From Akkermansia muciniphila (GTDB lineage Bacteria; Verrucomicrobiota; Verrucomicrobiia; Limisphaerales; UBA9464): a DNA stretch of 64,000 nt. The notes below the pieces were generated by a model that worked only from the letters and a program-made list of their open reading frames with translations, searched no databases and was not told where the DNA came from. The position numbers and the translations under genes are program-made. Below are positions 46,853 to 58,270 of the stretch, piece by piece. The stretch covers positions 1,285 to 65,284 of the forward strand of contig CAMCYJ010000008.1 of assembly GCA_945883815.1 (NCBI GenBank), written 5' to 3'. How positions within the stretch are numbered: the stretch's first letter is position 1; each line of letters begins with the position of its first letter.

Positions 46853-47751
46853 GGCCGACCTCCCGATTTCGCCACTTCCATGAAGATCTCCTCCAAGGTC
46901 AGGGAACTCACCGTAAGGTCGCGGCCGCCCAAGTCCTCCAAGCGTTGGCGGATCGGGCCTGGGTCGCCTTCGAGCAGCACTTCCAGGGTTCGGCCTTGGC
47001 GGCGGATGGAACGCGCCCTGGGCAGGGCCGAGTCGGGCGGTGGGTCTTGGGCGAACTCGGCGCGCACGCGCAGGAACCGCGACCGGGCCTCGTCGGCGTC
47101 GGCGGTCATGACGGCCTTTCCGGCATCCAAGATGGTGAAGCGGTCGATGAGCCCTTCGAACTCGCTGATCAGGTGCGTGGAAACGAGCACGGTGCGCTCC
47201 CCGGGATCGGCATCTTGATAGGCGCCGATGACCGTCTGGATGAACTCCCGGCGGATCAAGGGATCGAGGCCCGAGGTCGGCTCGTCGAGCACCAGCAGCT
47301 CGGGCTCGGCGGCGATGGCTCCGATCAGGGCCAACTGCGTGCGCTGGCCCTTGCTCAGCCCGCTGGTGGGCGCGGCGGGATCGAGTTGGAAGCGCTCCAG
47401 CAATCGTTTCTCGAGATCCGGGTTCCAGCGCGGCCGGAAACTCGCCAGGTAGTCGAGTGCCTCGCCCACGCGCATCCACGGATAGAACGCGACGAAGTCG
47501 GGCACATAAGCCAGCCGGGCCTTCACGGCCACTTCTTCGCGCACCGGATCCAGCCCGAAGACCCGGATCCTTCCCTGCTGAGGGCGCAGCAAGTTGAGCA
47601 GACACTTGAGGGTGGTGGTTTTGCCGGCGCCGTTGCGGCCGAAGAAGCCGTAGCAGCGGCCTCGTTCCACGGTCAGGGACAGGCCGTGGACCGCCTCGGT
47701 TCGGTCATAGCGGAGGCTCAGGTCGCGGATCTCGATGGCAGGAATGCTCAT
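46849..47751 (-). CDS. ABC transporter ATP-binding protein
   Basis: 300 aa. Contains Walker A GRNGAGKTTT, signature LSKGQRTQ and Walker B LLVLDEPTSGLD. Confidence 0.93.
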   Translation of the reverse strand: MSIPAIEIRDLSLRYDRTEAVHGLSLTVERGRCYGFFGRNGAGKTTTLKCLLNLLRPQQGRIRVFGLDPVREEVAVKARLAYVPDFVAFYPWMRVGEALDYLASFRPRWNPDLEKRLLERFQLDPAAPTSGLSKGQRTQLALIGAIAAEPELLVLDEPTSGLDPLIRREFIQTVIGAYQDADPGERTVLVSTHLISEFEGLIDRFTILDAGKAVMTADADEARSRFLRVRAEFAQDPPPDSALPRARSIRRQGRTLEVLLEGDPGPIRQRLEDLGGRDLTVSSLTLEEIFMEVAKSGGRP

Positions 47752-47820
47752 AGGGGGCGTCGGTTCGAAGGTTCGGAGATTCAGTGGCGGGCGATGGTGC
47801 TGGCGATGGGGCGGGAGAAC

Positions 47821-48234
47821 TCAATCCCGCGGGGCTTGATGGTCTTTCTGGCGCAGGTGGAAGGCTTCCAGACGCTCGATCAAGAGCGACTGGAGTTCGG
47901 GATCTGGAATTTGCAGGTGATGCGCCTGGATGATCACCGCGTCGAGCGCCTCGGCCAGTCGGCCTGACCGCACTGATTTGCGCAGCGGCGAGGCCCCGCC
48001 GTCTTTCAGGAAGCAGCCCGAGCCCTGACGGGTTTCGATCACCGACTCGGACTCCAGCTCGGCGTAGGCCCGGGCCACGGTATTGCGGTTGATGCGCAAG
48101 TCTTCGGCCATGGCCCGGACCGAGGGCAGGGGGTCGCCGGGGCGGATCAACCCGGTGGCTGCCGCCGCCTTCACCTGCTGGACAATTTGCAAGTAGACCG
48201 GGACACCAGATTGGAAGTCGATTCGGGCGATCAT
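47821..48234 (-). CDS. GntR-family (YtrA-subfamily-like) transcriptional regulator
   Basis: 137 aa. The winged HTH is PGDPLPSVRAMAEDLRINRNTVARAYAELESESVIETRQGSGCF, and the C-terminal domain is short. Confidence 0.88.
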   Translation of the reverse strand: MIARIDFQSGVPVYLQIVQQVKAAAATGLIRPGDPLPSVRAMAEDLRINRNTVARAYAELESESVIETRQGSGCFLKDGGASPLRKSVRSGRLAEALDAVIIQAHHLQIPDPELQSLLIERLEAFHLRQKDHQAPRD

Positions 48235-48252
48235 CGGGGGTACGGATGAAAA

Positions 48253-48273
48253 GTGTCCTATGACACTAGGACA
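48253..48273. promoter_or_regulatory. overlapping inverted repeats, candidate GntR/YtrA operator
   Basis: GTGTC-CTAT-GACAC spans 48253-48266 and TGTCCTA-N6-TAGGACA spans 48254-48273. They lie 19-39 bp upstream of the GntR start codon. Confidence 0.4.
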
Positions 48274-48327
48274 GTCAAATCAAATTCGTTCGAATGCCGC
48301 GCACCGGGAACAGCGTCGGACACAGAC

Positions 48328-50352
48328 ATGCGTTGGATTGCCTTTTTGTCGTCGCTCCCTGCTTGGGTCCTGCCCCTGTCGGCGGCTTTCCTGGTGGTCC
48401 GACCGGACGCTAATATCGGAGGCAATGGCGCGCCTCATCACCCGTTCCGAACCTTGCCCGAAGCGTTGAAGGCGGCCGCAGCGGCGCGTGTGGCCAATCC
48501 GGATGAGCCAGTGACGTTGCTGTTGCAGCGCGGGCGATATGAATTGAAGGAGACGCTGAAGATCGGCCCGGCCCACTCGGGAATCACCCTGCGGTCCGCG
48601 ATCCCCGGTCAGGCCGTGGTGAGCGGTGGCCGCCGCATCACCGGTTGGAAGGAGGCTCCTGGAGGTCAAGGCCTCTGGGAGGTTCGCCTTCCGGAATTCA
48701 CCAACGGCCGGCCGGCCTTCCATCACCTCTTCGTCAACGGCCAGCGGGCGCAGCGGGCCCGGACGCCGAACCGAGGATTTTTCCAAACGCGTGCTGCTCT
48801 GGGAACTCAATCCCCCATTGACCTCCCGTTTCGCCCCGGAGACCTGAAGCCCGAATGGGCCCGATACCCGGATGCTCAAGTGGTGCTGCTCATGAAGTGG
48901 ACCGACTGGCACCTGCCCCTGGTAGCTGTGGATACCGACAAGGGAGTCGCGGAACTTCTGGGCGGCCCCCGAGCCTCGTGGATGGACGAGCCGGATGCCC
49001 GCTATTGGGTGGAGAACGTGCCGGATGCCCTCGACCAACCCGGTGAATGGTATCTCGACACCCAGACTGGCTGGTTGAGGTACTTGGCTCCGAAGGGGCT
49101 TCGTCTGAATCGGGTGCCGGTCGTCGCTGCCCGACTCACTGAACTAGTTCGGGTCGAGGGCGATCCGGGTTCGGTCGAGTCCGCCTCAGAAAGCGTCGTT
49201 CAAGGAGTGACGTTTTCGGGCATCACCTTTTCCGAGACCGATGACGGCATACCCAGCGAAGGCCTCCAATCGCCCCAGTCGGCGGTCCCCATCCGGGGCG
49301 CATTCCGGGCCACCCACGCGACGGACTGCGTCATCGAGGACTGCACCTTCGCCAATCTGGGTGGGTATGCCCTCGAGCTGGGTCAGGGTGCTCAGCGGTG
49401 GCGGGTGGCGGGCAATGTGGTGCGCGATATCGGTGCCGGTGGACTGCGCATCGGTGAACCGGGCGACACTCAGCCCAGTGCCCGGGACGCCTGTCATTCC
49501 CACCAGATCACTGACAACGAGATTCTTCGGCTGGGCCGAGTCTTCCCGGCCGGTTGCGGGGTGATTGTCTTCCAGTCGGGCACCAACACCATCGCCCACA
49601 ACCACATCGCCGATTTGTATTACACCGGCATTTCGGTGGGTTGGAACTGGGGCTATCAGGAGACCCCGTGCCGCGCCAACGTCATCGAATACAATTTGGT
49701 CGAACGGGTAGGACAAGGCCGCCTCAGCGACATGGGTGGTTTCTACACCCTCGGGCCCCAGCCCGGCACGGTGATCCGCAACAACATCTTCCGCGACATC
49801 CAGAGTTACCGCTATGGCGGATGGGCGCTGTACACCGACGAGGGCAGCACAGGCATTGTGGTAGAAAACAACATCGCCACCCGTTGCACCGATGCCGGTT
49901 TCCACCAGCACTACGGCCGCGACAACGTGATCCGCAACAACCTCTTGGCCTGGAACACCAACCACTCCGTCATGCGCACCCGGTCGGAGCCGCACCGTTC
50001 CTTCTGGTTCACCAACAATGTGATCATCACCCAGTCAGGCACCTTACTGGGGAGCGACTGGAGCGGCGGCACGAACCAATTCACGAGCGATGGCAATGTA
50101 TGGTTCGACCGTCGTCAGGGCACCAACATCGCGGCCTATCGCTTCGCTGGACAGTCGTGGGAGCAGTGGCGGCAGCGCGGGCAAGAGGCCCACTCCCGCA
50201 TTGCGGATCCGCTGCTCGTCGATGAGGCGCATCCCGAGATGGGACTCCGAAAAAATTCACCGGCTTATGCGGTGGGATTCCGGCCCATTGATGTCAGCAC
50301 AGTGGGTCCGCGACCCAAAGATCATCGCCCGCGGCCTGTGGCTGCGCCTTGA
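48328..50352 (+). CDS. secreted right-handed parallel beta-helix repeat protein (pectate-lyase fold, probable polysaccharide-active enzyme)
   Basis: The start is at ATG 48328 (MRWIAFLSSLPAWVLPLSAA signal). Repeated NN-I/V turns are present (IRNNIFRDI, VENNIATRC, VIRNNLLAWN, FTNNVIITQ). Confidence 0.75.
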   Translation: MRWIAFLSSLPAWVLPLSAAFLVVRPDANIGGNGAPHHPFRTLPEALKAAAAARVANPDEPVTLLLQRGRYELKETLKIGPAHSGITLRSAIPGQAVVSGGRRITGWKEAPGGQGLWEVRLPEFTNGRPAFHHLFVNGQRAQRARTPNRGFFQTRAALGTQSPIDLPFRPGDLKPEWARYPDAQVVLLMKWTDWHLPLVAVDTDKGVAELLGGPRASWMDEPDARYWVENVPDALDQPGEWYLDTQTGWLRYLAPKGLRLNRVPVVAARLTELVRVEGDPGSVESASESVVQGVTFSGITFSETDDGIPSEGLQSPQSAVPIRGAFRATHATDCVIEDCTFANLGGYALELGQGAQRWRVAGNVVRDIGAGGLRIGEPGDTQPSARDACHSHQITDNEILRLGRVFPAGCGVIVFQSGTNTIAHNHIADLYYTGISVGWNWGYQETPCRANVIEYNLVERVGQGRLSDMGGFYTLGPQPGTVIRNNIFRDIQSYRYGGWALYTDEGSTGIVVENNIATRCTDAGFHQHYGRDNVIRNNLLAWNTNHSVMRTRSEPHRSFWFTNNVIITQSGTLLGSDWSGGTNQFTSDGNVWFDRRQGTNIAAYRFAGQSWEQWRQRGQEAHSRIADPLLVDEAHPEMGLRKNSPAYAVGFRPIDVSTVGPRPKDHRPRPVAAP

Positions 50353-50374
50353 GCCGATCGCCTGGCGTCGAAAG

Positions 50375-51403
50375 TCAGATCGCGGCGGCCGCCAGTTCAC
50401 TGAGATCGAGGGCGACCGAGAGTAATCCGGAGCGGAAGGCCTCTTGGATAGCCCGATCCATGAGTTCTTTTGGGGTCTTTTTCCCCAAGAGCCCGATCGT
50501 CTCGGACATCCGTTGTTGCAGTTTCCGCAGCGGTCGGATGAACGGGGCCGCGGAAAGGCAATGGCGGAGTTGGGTATGGGCTTGAATGATCCCTCGGATG
50601 TGGTTGGCATTCCCCGGCAACGACGGCTCTGTTTTGGCCGGGGCATCGGTTTTCCGGAGCACCGCCGTGACATTGCCGCCATCAGCTGAGGTGAACGTGC
50701 GGACGACTTCGAAACCTGCTTGGCGTCCGAGTGCGCCCAAGGTGGCGTCATTGAAGTTGTAGAGGTGAGCCCGATGGAATCGATGGGACGGGGCCTGACA
50801 CACCGCCTCCACGTTGGGGACTTCAATCCACAGCAACCCGCCGGTGCGTAGCCATCCCCGGATCAGGTGCATCGCTTGCAGAGGACTGTCCAAATGTTCC
50901 ATCACGTGGAAGAGCGTCACGGCCGAGAGGGAATCTGGTTCGATGGAGGCCTCCTGCCAACTGCCCGAGGTCACCGGAACCTCCAGACGCTCCCGGGCGA
51001 ACCGTGCATAGCCGGCGTTGGGCTCGATGCCGCGGGCGTCGAATCCCAACTGGCGGAGCATATACACGACCTCTCCGCCACCGGCCCCCAGGTCGAGCAC
51101 CGCTTCTCCACGAGGCAAATTGTCCCGAAGCTGCCGGCATCGCTCCACGGCGACGCGCGCTGCTCGCAAAGTGTGTCGGGGCTTGGGTTCGAGGGTTCCT
51201 TTGTAGTCCTGGCGGTATTCTTCCCGGTAGTAGGCCGCCAAGGCCTCCGCGCTAGGTCTTGGATCATTCCAGACCAGTCCACACTGTGGACACAGGACCA
51301 CCTGAAGGGGAGAGGCGTCCCGGTCTTGGGTCGCTACGATTTCTACGTTTTGGCTTCCACACAGTTCACAAGGAACTGTCGCGATCGTCTGAACTGGGAC
51401 CAT
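50375..51403 (-). CDS. class I SAM-dependent methyltransferase with N-terminal zinc ribbon
   Basis: The start is at ATG 51403 (MVPVQTIATVPCELCGS...CPQCG). Motif I is VLDLGAGGGEVV. The longer ORF to 51658 would run through the intergenic repeat copies. Confidence 0.75.
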   Translation of the reverse strand: MVPVQTIATVPCELCGSQNVEIVATQDRDASPLQVVLCPQCGLVWNDPRPSAEALAAYYREEYRQDYKGTLEPKPRHTLRAARVAVERCRQLRDNLPRGEAVLDLGAGGGEVVYMLRQLGFDARGIEPNAGYARFARERLEVPVTSGSWQEASIEPDSLSAVTLFHVMEHLDSPLQAMHLIRGWLRTGGLLWIEVPNVEAVCQAPSHRFHRAHLYNFNDATLGALGRQAGFEVVRTFTSADGGNVTAVLRKTDAPAKTEPSLPGNANHIRGIIQAHTQLRHCLSAAPFIRPLRKLQQRMSETIGLLGKKTPKELMDRAIQEAFRSGLLSVALDLSELAAAAI

Positions 51404-51516
51404 TGTGAAATAGCCTGACCCGAACCCGCCGACTGTCAAAGGGTTGCTGGTTCGCAATCGGGGGCGGTGTGCCTCATGGGAATCGTAGCCCACAGGTCGC
51501 TTGAGGTGACCCTTTG

Positions 51517-51582
51517 GGGACAGGCTCTTTAGAGACCTTTTTGGGGGACGTTTGTGAGGCATGATCCTCTTGGGGACAGGCT
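51517..51582 (+). repeat. GGGACAGGCT motif cluster F (2 copies)
   Basis: Copies at 51517-51526 and 51573-51582, each preceded by CTTTGG/CTCTTGG. The partial TTGGGGGACG lies at 51541. Confidence 0.85.
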
Positions 51583-51626
51583 TGTCGGTTTGAGTTGGCG
51601 GAAATTCTTCGACAGGCTGGAGGTCG

Positions 51627-52055
51627 ATGGAGCCTTTCCGATATCGCCACCGGGTCACCTATGCCGACTGCACCGTCGGGAACCACGTTTACTACAGCCG
51701 CTACCTCGACCTCCTCGAAGCGGCGCGCGGTGAATGGTTCCGCTCGATGGGCAAATCCTTCGATGAGTGGCACCACGGCCAGGGGTTGATCTTCCCTGTT
51801 CTCGAGGTTCAGCTGAAATACCGGAGTCCCGCCCGCTACGACGAGGTGCTGACAATCGAAGTGGGGGTACTCGAGGCGCGGGGCGTGCGGTTGAACGTGG
51901 GCTACCGAGTCGTGGGTTCTGAGGGGCAGGTGCGGGTTGAAGGGTACACCCACCATGTGTGCACCAATCTCGAGGACAAACCGCGTCGCCTGCCCGCGGA
52001 ATTGCTCTCAGCACTCGGAGTCCCGACGGGAGGCCCTCGCAACCCGGAGCCGTGA
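51627..52055 (+). CDS. acyl-CoA thioesterase, YbgC/4HBT hotdog family
   Basis: 142 aa. The N-terminal pattern YRHRVTYADCTVGNHVYYSRYLDLLEAARGEWF is typical of 4HBT thioesterases. Confidence 0.8.
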   Translation: MEPFRYRHRVTYADCTVGNHVYYSRYLDLLEAARGEWFRSMGKSFDEWHHGQGLIFPVLEVQLKYRSPARYDEVLTIEVGVLEARGVRLNVGYRVVGSEGQVRVEGYTHHVCTNLEDKPRRLPAELLSALGVPTGGPRNPEP

Positions 52056-52077
52056 ACCGATCGTCGGGCTGCCCGAC

Positions 52078-53583
<1,506 letters not shown>

Positions 53584-53713
53584 GGTCAGAAAAGCTGGCG
53601 GATGAAACACGGTCCTTGCCCGGCGGGCGACGGAAATCTCAGGGCCTTTCCGGACAGGCTCCCGCTCGACTGAACTTGGGCCTACGCCGGCCCGTGTGCA
53701 GGTTGTGTGCAGC

Positions 53714-55243
53714 TCAGAGGCCGCATTTTCGAAGCATGGCCTGAATGGCTTCTGGGCTGGACTCCAAATGGGCGGCTCCGGCCAGTAGGTCTGCGGCTTC
53801 CACCCCATACCAATGGCGTTTTTTTGGGTCGCACAGGCCAGCAATGTTGATGGGTGCCACCGTGTCAGACACTCGGGCGATCCAGTCGGTGGTGGGTTGT
53901 CGGCCGGCATCAGCAAGGAGGGACCGGAAGGCGGGGCCCATTCGTGGATGCCCACGCAGCAGAAATCCCGGGGCCAGATGGGGCTTTCCCAACCGGAGTG
54001 CCGTTTCGGAGAAGCTGGCGCTGGCGAAGTACAGCATGGTGAGTGCTTTGAATGCGTCGGGCTTGCCGAGCACTCGATAGGCTCCGCCGATCAGCCGAGC
54101 GGTGGCGTCGAGGTCGGCCAGTGTGTCGGCCTCATAGGCCGCAAGCGCACCCTCCGGGCAGCCGGCCTCCAGCGCCCGGGCCAGTCGATCGATCCCCAAG
54201 AGCGACAGCACAAATCCGGTGGAAAAGAGTGGGTCCACGAACCCGGCTGCCATGGGTAATTGTGCCCATCGATGCCCCACGCAGCGAGCGGTGCGGAACG
54301 CCAGGGGTTCGGTGACTGTCCAGGGCCGGATGAGTTGGGCTTCGGCGAATTGCCTCCCAATCGAGGGGAATCGCTTGAGAAACGCGTTCCAGGCTTTGGC
54401 TGGGTCGGCGGCCAAGTCGTTGGAGCGCTCGGTGGCTGAGTCAACCGCTTCGGCAAAACCAGCGCTGGTGATGCCGTTGTTGAAGCGCAGCACCCACATC
54501 CAGCCCCCCTCGAAGGTGTGGTGCAGGGCGGCATCGTCCGGAGGGAAGGGGGCCTCGGCGAACACTGGGTTGTTTTGTGACCAGGAGCCGACTCCGGTGA
54601 AATGCGAAAACAGGCCCCGTGTTCGTGGGAAGTCCTCGTACTGAGCCTCCGGTAGACCGAGGGTTTGATGCAGGTAGCCCCGGGGGCCGCTGGCATCGAC
54701 CAGAAAGCCGGCATGGGCCCGGAAGCTTTGCCCCCGGCATTTTCCCTCCAAGTGCACTCCGTCGGTTACCAGGTCGCAGGCAGTGAGCGTGGTTTCATCG
54801 CGGTACTCCACACCCAGCCGAACCATTTCCTCGACCAGAAAGGCATCGAAGTCGGGGCGATACCAGTGGGTGTCGGCCACGAAGTCGTTGGGGCTGGCCG
54901 CCACCAGGAGTTGATCGGAACGGTCGTCACGGCCTTGCCAGGGTTTCCCGGGTTCGTGATGGAAGTAGCTGAATCCGCGCTTGAGACCGCAACCCATGTG
55001 CGGGTAGCTGGCCTGCCAGGTGCCCCACTGGGATAGCGGGCGCAAGCGGGGCAGGTCATAGCGGTCAGCCAGGATCTCCAGCCAAAGGTTGGCCAAGGGT
55101 GTGGACGATTCGCCAATGGCGAAGCGCGGATGCCGTCCGCGTTCGATCATCAGCACTGAGCGACCGAGGCGTCGGGCGATCATGGCCAGAAGCGTTCCGG
55201 CAAACCCGGAACCGACGATGGCGAGGTCGAAGTCGGCGGACAC
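53714..55243 (-). CDS. FAD-dependent oxidoreductase, flavin-dependent halogenase-like
   Basis: 509 aa. Contains GSGFAG dinucleotide motif, AIGESSTPL and a GGWMWVL (WxWxI-like) motif. Confidence 0.6.
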   Translation of the reverse strand: MSADFDLAIVGSGFAGTLLAMIARRLGRSVLMIERGRHPRFAIGESSTPLANLWLEILADRYDLPRLRPLSQWGTWQASYPHMGCGLKRGFSYFHHEPGKPWQGRDDRSDQLLVAASPNDFVADTHWYRPDFDAFLVEEMVRLGVEYRDETTLTACDLVTDGVHLEGKCRGQSFRAHAGFLVDASGPRGYLHQTLGLPEAQYEDFPRTRGLFSHFTGVGSWSQNNPVFAEAPFPPDDAALHHTFEGGWMWVLRFNNGITSAGFAEAVDSATERSNDLAADPAKAWNAFLKRFPSIGRQFAEAQLIRPWTVTEPLAFRTARCVGHRWAQLPMAAGFVDPLFSTGFVLSLLGIDRLARALEAGCPEGALAAYEADTLADLDATARLIGGAYRVLGKPDAFKALTMLYFASASFSETALRLGKPHLAPGFLLRGHPRMGPAFRSLLADAGRQPTTDWIARVSDTVAPINIAGLCDPKKRHWYGVEAADLLAGAAHLESSPEAIQAMLRKCGL

Positions 55244-55393
55244 GGACCGTACGTTACGGGCTGGGCGTCGGGTGGCCAGCCTGGAACCTCACCACCGAGG
55301 ACGGGAGAAGTCTCGCCCGGGATCAATTCCCAGACCTCTTGCCCACCACTCCACTCTCGACGTTCGGCGGGGTACAGGTACGGTCCACCCGTC

Positions 55394-56662
55394 ATGTTCA
55401 ACGACGCCCCGTCGGGGCCTGCCACCCCCGTCGCATCCAAGAAAGTGAACCTCCGCAGGCCGGACGTCATGCAGGCAGTCTCGGCGCAGGTGGTGACGCA
55501 CTACCGCAGCGAGTTGGTGGAACGTCTCCGAGCCAATGGCGGAACGTTTTCCTATGGAGGCCTGACCATCCGGTTGGCCAAGGAATTCGGCTTTTGCTAC
55601 GGCGTCGAGCGGGCCATTGATCTGGCTTATGCGGCGCGAAAGGTTTTTCCCGAACCGACCCGCATCTTCTTGTTGGGTGAGATCATCCACAATCCGGAGG
55701 TCAACGATCAGATCCGGGGCATGGGCATTGTGAGCATCTCGCCCAAGCCCAGCGATGAGGAGTTGTCCGGCCTACGGCTCAACGCCGACGACGTGGTCAT
55801 CATTCCGGCGTTTGGCACCGAGGTGTCCACCCGCCAGCGCATCGAGAGTTTTGGATGCCAGACGGTGGACACGACGTGTGGCGACGTCATGTCGGTCTGG
55901 AAACGGGTGCGCCAGTACAGCAAGGAGTCGGTGACCAGTATCATCCACGGCAAGGCCAAACACGAGGAGACCAAGGCGACGACCTCCCAGGCCACCGCCT
56001 ACGGCACGGGGCATTACCTGGTGGTGTTCGACCTCGCCGAGACCGATTACGTCTGCAATTACATCCTTCTCGGGGGCGACCGGAATGACTTCCTCAACCG
56101 GTTCAAGGGGGCCTACTCTCCGGGTTTCGATCCCGATTTGCACCTGGTGGCCGTGGGCGTTGCCAACCAGACCACCATGCTTCGCGGCGAGACCGAAGAG
56201 GTTCAGAAGCGTTTCCAGCGGGCCATGCAACAGAAGCACGGGGCCCAACAGGTGACCGAGCATTTCCGCTTTTTTGATACGATTTGCGGTGCGACCCAGG
56301 ATCGCCAGGATGCCTTGGAAAAAATGCTGCGCGAACCCATCGATCTTTTGATCGTGGTTGGAGGGTACAATTCTTCGAACACCTCTCATCTGGCAGAGAT
56401 GGGCGAGAAGGTGCTGCCCACCTACTTCATCAAGAATGCGGCCATGATGCAGTCGCCGGCCCTCATCCGTCATTGGAATCAGCACATCACCGCCGAGGTG
56501 ACCACTGCCGATTGGTACCGCACCGAAGGTCTTCTCACCGTCGGAATCACCGCGGGTGCGAGTTGCCCCAACAATTTGATCGAGGACACCATCAAGCGAT
56601 TGTTTGACTTTCGGGGTGTTGACATTCTCGAAGTGCTTCAACCGGAGGGTTTGCAACGATGA
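55394..56662 (+). CDS. ispH: 4-hydroxy-3-methylbut-2-enyl diphosphate reductase (long, cyanobacterial/plant-like form)
   Basis: 422 aa. Three conserved Cys contexts are present (FGFCYGVERA, DTTCGDV, DTICGATQDRQ), along with VVGGYNSSNTSHL. Confidence 0.9.
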   Translation: MFNDAPSGPATPVASKKVNLRRPDVMQAVSAQVVTHYRSELVERLRANGGTFSYGGLTIRLAKEFGFCYGVERAIDLAYAARKVFPEPTRIFLLGEIIHNPEVNDQIRGMGIVSISPKPSDEELSGLRLNADDVVIIPAFGTEVSTRQRIESFGCQTVDTTCGDVMSVWKRVRQYSKESVTSIIHGKAKHEETKATTSQATAYGTGHYLVVFDLAETDYVCNYILLGGDRNDFLNRFKGAYSPGFDPDLHLVAVGVANQTTMLRGETEEVQKRFQRAMQQKHGAQQVTEHFRFFDTICGATQDRQDALEKMLREPIDLLIVVGGYNSSNTSHLAEMGEKVLPTYFIKNAAMMQSPALIRHWNQHITAEVTTADWYRTEGLLTVGITAGASCPNNLIEDTIKRLFDFRGVDILEVLQPEGLQR

Positions 56663-56807
56663 AGTGCCTTGGTTCGCTGTTTTTGGCGGTTTATTTCAAA
56701 ATCCTTGAATTTCGGCTTGCCCGGAAGGCTCGAGCTTCCTATAGCGACCTACGTCTCCTGAAGCAGCGAGTTGGTTTGATCGTACGCATGATGCATTTTC
56801 AACCGGA

Positions 56808-56832
56808 GGCGGCACTTTGAGCCGCCCTTTTT
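56808..56832 (+). promoter_or_regulatory. GC stem-loop plus T5 overlapping the infC ribosome-binding site and start codon
   Basis: Stem GGCGGC (56808-56813) / GCCGCC (56821-56826). The loop ACTTTGA contains the TTG start. CTTTTT follows the stem. The SD GGAGG lies at 56805-56809. Confidence 0.35.
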
Positions 56833-57542
56833 CACGCCCGCAGCCGGGTCAGCCGCAGCACCGGATCAACGGAAAGATCCGAGCACGCGAGGTTCGCGTC
56901 ATCGGCATCGATGGGCAGCAGGTGGGGATCATGGATCTGGCCGCCGCCATCAACTTGGCCCGACAGAGCGCTGTCGATCTGGTCGAAATAGCCGCGACCG
57001 CCGTTCCGCCGGTTTGCCGCATTGTCGACTACGGAAAGTTTAAATACGAACTGTCCAAGAAGGAACGCGACAGCAAGAAGCACCAGGCGGTCAATCTGGT
57101 GAAGGAAGTCCAGTTGTCTCCCCGTATCGATCCTCACGATTTGGGCATCAAGAGGGAGCACACCATCGGGTTCCTCTGCGAAGACATGAAGGTCAAAGCC
57201 ACCTTGCGGTTCCGCGGTCGCGAAATGGCGCACACGGAAGTCGGCAAGGAAGTCATGAACAAGTTCCTGGAGCAGTTGGCTCCCTGGGGACACCCTGATT
57301 TCCCGCCGAAGTTGGTAGGCAAGGCGATCAACGTCATGATCAGCCCCCTTCCCAAGAACAAGCGGGCCAAGAACCCCAAGGAAGTCGAATCGGAGCCGGT
57401 CATCAAGGAAACGCCCAAGCCGGCTTCCAATGGCAAACCGGAGACGGCGAAAGTGGTGAGGGTATCGACCGATGCGGCCTCGCAGCCGGAATCCTTCGTT
57501 CAGAATCCGTTTTCGAACCTGTCGGTCCCGACAGAAGGCTGA
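56817..57542 (+). CDS. infC: translation initiation factor IF-3 with C-terminal extension
   Basis: INGKIRAREVRVIG...VDLVEIAATAVPPVCRIVDYGKFKYE...KEVQLSPRIDPHDL...LRFRGREMAH. TTG at 56817 is the only start codon in the open frame, and GGAGG lies 8 nt upstream. Confidence 0.9.
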   Translation: MSRPFSRPQPGQPQHRINGKIRAREVRVIGIDGQQVGIMDLAAAINLARQSAVDLVEIAATAVPPVCRIVDYGKFKYELSKKERDSKKHQAVNLVKEVQLSPRIDPHDLGIKREHTIGFLCEDMKVKATLRFRGREMAHTEVGKEVMNKFLEQLAPWGHPDFPPKLVGKAINVMISPLPKNKRAKNPKEVESEPVIKETPKPASNGKPETAKVVRVSTDAASQPESFVQNPFSNLSVPTEG

Positions 57543-57668
57543 ACCTTGCGATCAAGGCTTGGGTCAAGTTCCCCAGGCCTTGTTCCGTGTTTAGGGCTCT
57601 GTTTTGGGCTTTGCGTCTTGATGGACGTCTTTGTAATTGCCCGATCGCCGATCACCGGGGATGAAACC

Positions 57669-58193
57669 ATGGGCCATTTGCGTGCCATTGCTGCCATGTC
57701 GGAGAACCGAGTCATCGGAGACTCGGGTCGTATTCCTTGGCACCTTCCGGCCGACTTTCGTTGGTTTCGCCAAGTGACCTCGGGAGGCATTTTGCTGATG
57801 GGTCGAAAGACCTTCGAGTCCATCGGGAAGCCGCTGCCCGGGCGCCAGACCATTGTCCTGACTCGAAGCTCCGCATTGATTCCGGGAGTACGGACTGCCT
57901 CGGAGGTGGAGCCCTTGTTGGAGGAGCTCCGGAACGACCCACGTCCGGTCTGGGTGTGCGGCGGATCTGAGATTTATCGGCTGCTGCTGCCCCGATGCAG
58001 TGACCTTTTTCTGACTCGGGTGCCGGTCACCGCGACTGGCGATGCGGTCTTCCCCCCATTCGAGTCCGAGTTTGTCTGGATCGCCGAGGTGCTTCGCACT
58101 TCGGAGTTCCACGTTGAGCACTGGGTGCACCGATCCACACTGATCGCTGCCCACTCCCCAGCGGCCTTGACCGCCAGCGGATCGAGTTGCTGA
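57669..58193 (+). CDS. folA: dihydrofolate reductase
   Basis: The start is at ATG 57669 (MGHLRAIAAMSENRVIGDSGRIPWHLPADFRWFRQVTSGGILLMGRKTFESIG). Confidence 0.88.
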   Translation: MGHLRAIAAMSENRVIGDSGRIPWHLPADFRWFRQVTSGGILLMGRKTFESIGKPLPGRQTIVLTRSSALIPGVRTASEVEPLLEELRNDPRPVWVCGGSEIYRLLLPRCSDLFLTRVPVTATGDAVFPPFESEFVWIAEVLRTSEFHVEHWVHRSTLIAAHSPAALTASGSSC

Positions 58194-58270
58194 TCGATCG
58201 CCGGACCGGCGGTGGCATCGCTACAGGAGGGGCAAAGCCCCACTGAGACCCTGCTCAGCCCCTTGGGCCT

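Noticed and set aside
46853-47605. N-terminal 251 aa of the 1016-aa ORF 44555..47605
   Set aside because: This part lies out of frame over the clearly real ABC ATPase gene. An ATG at 46852 gives the classic ATGA stop/start coupling and a hydrophobic N-terminus.
53584-53955. N-terminal extension of the carB ORF (625-aa version)
   Set aside because: CarB homology starts exactly at MPKRTDIH (ATG 53583). The extension overlaps the end of the FAD-oxidoreductase gene and the intergenic motif copy.
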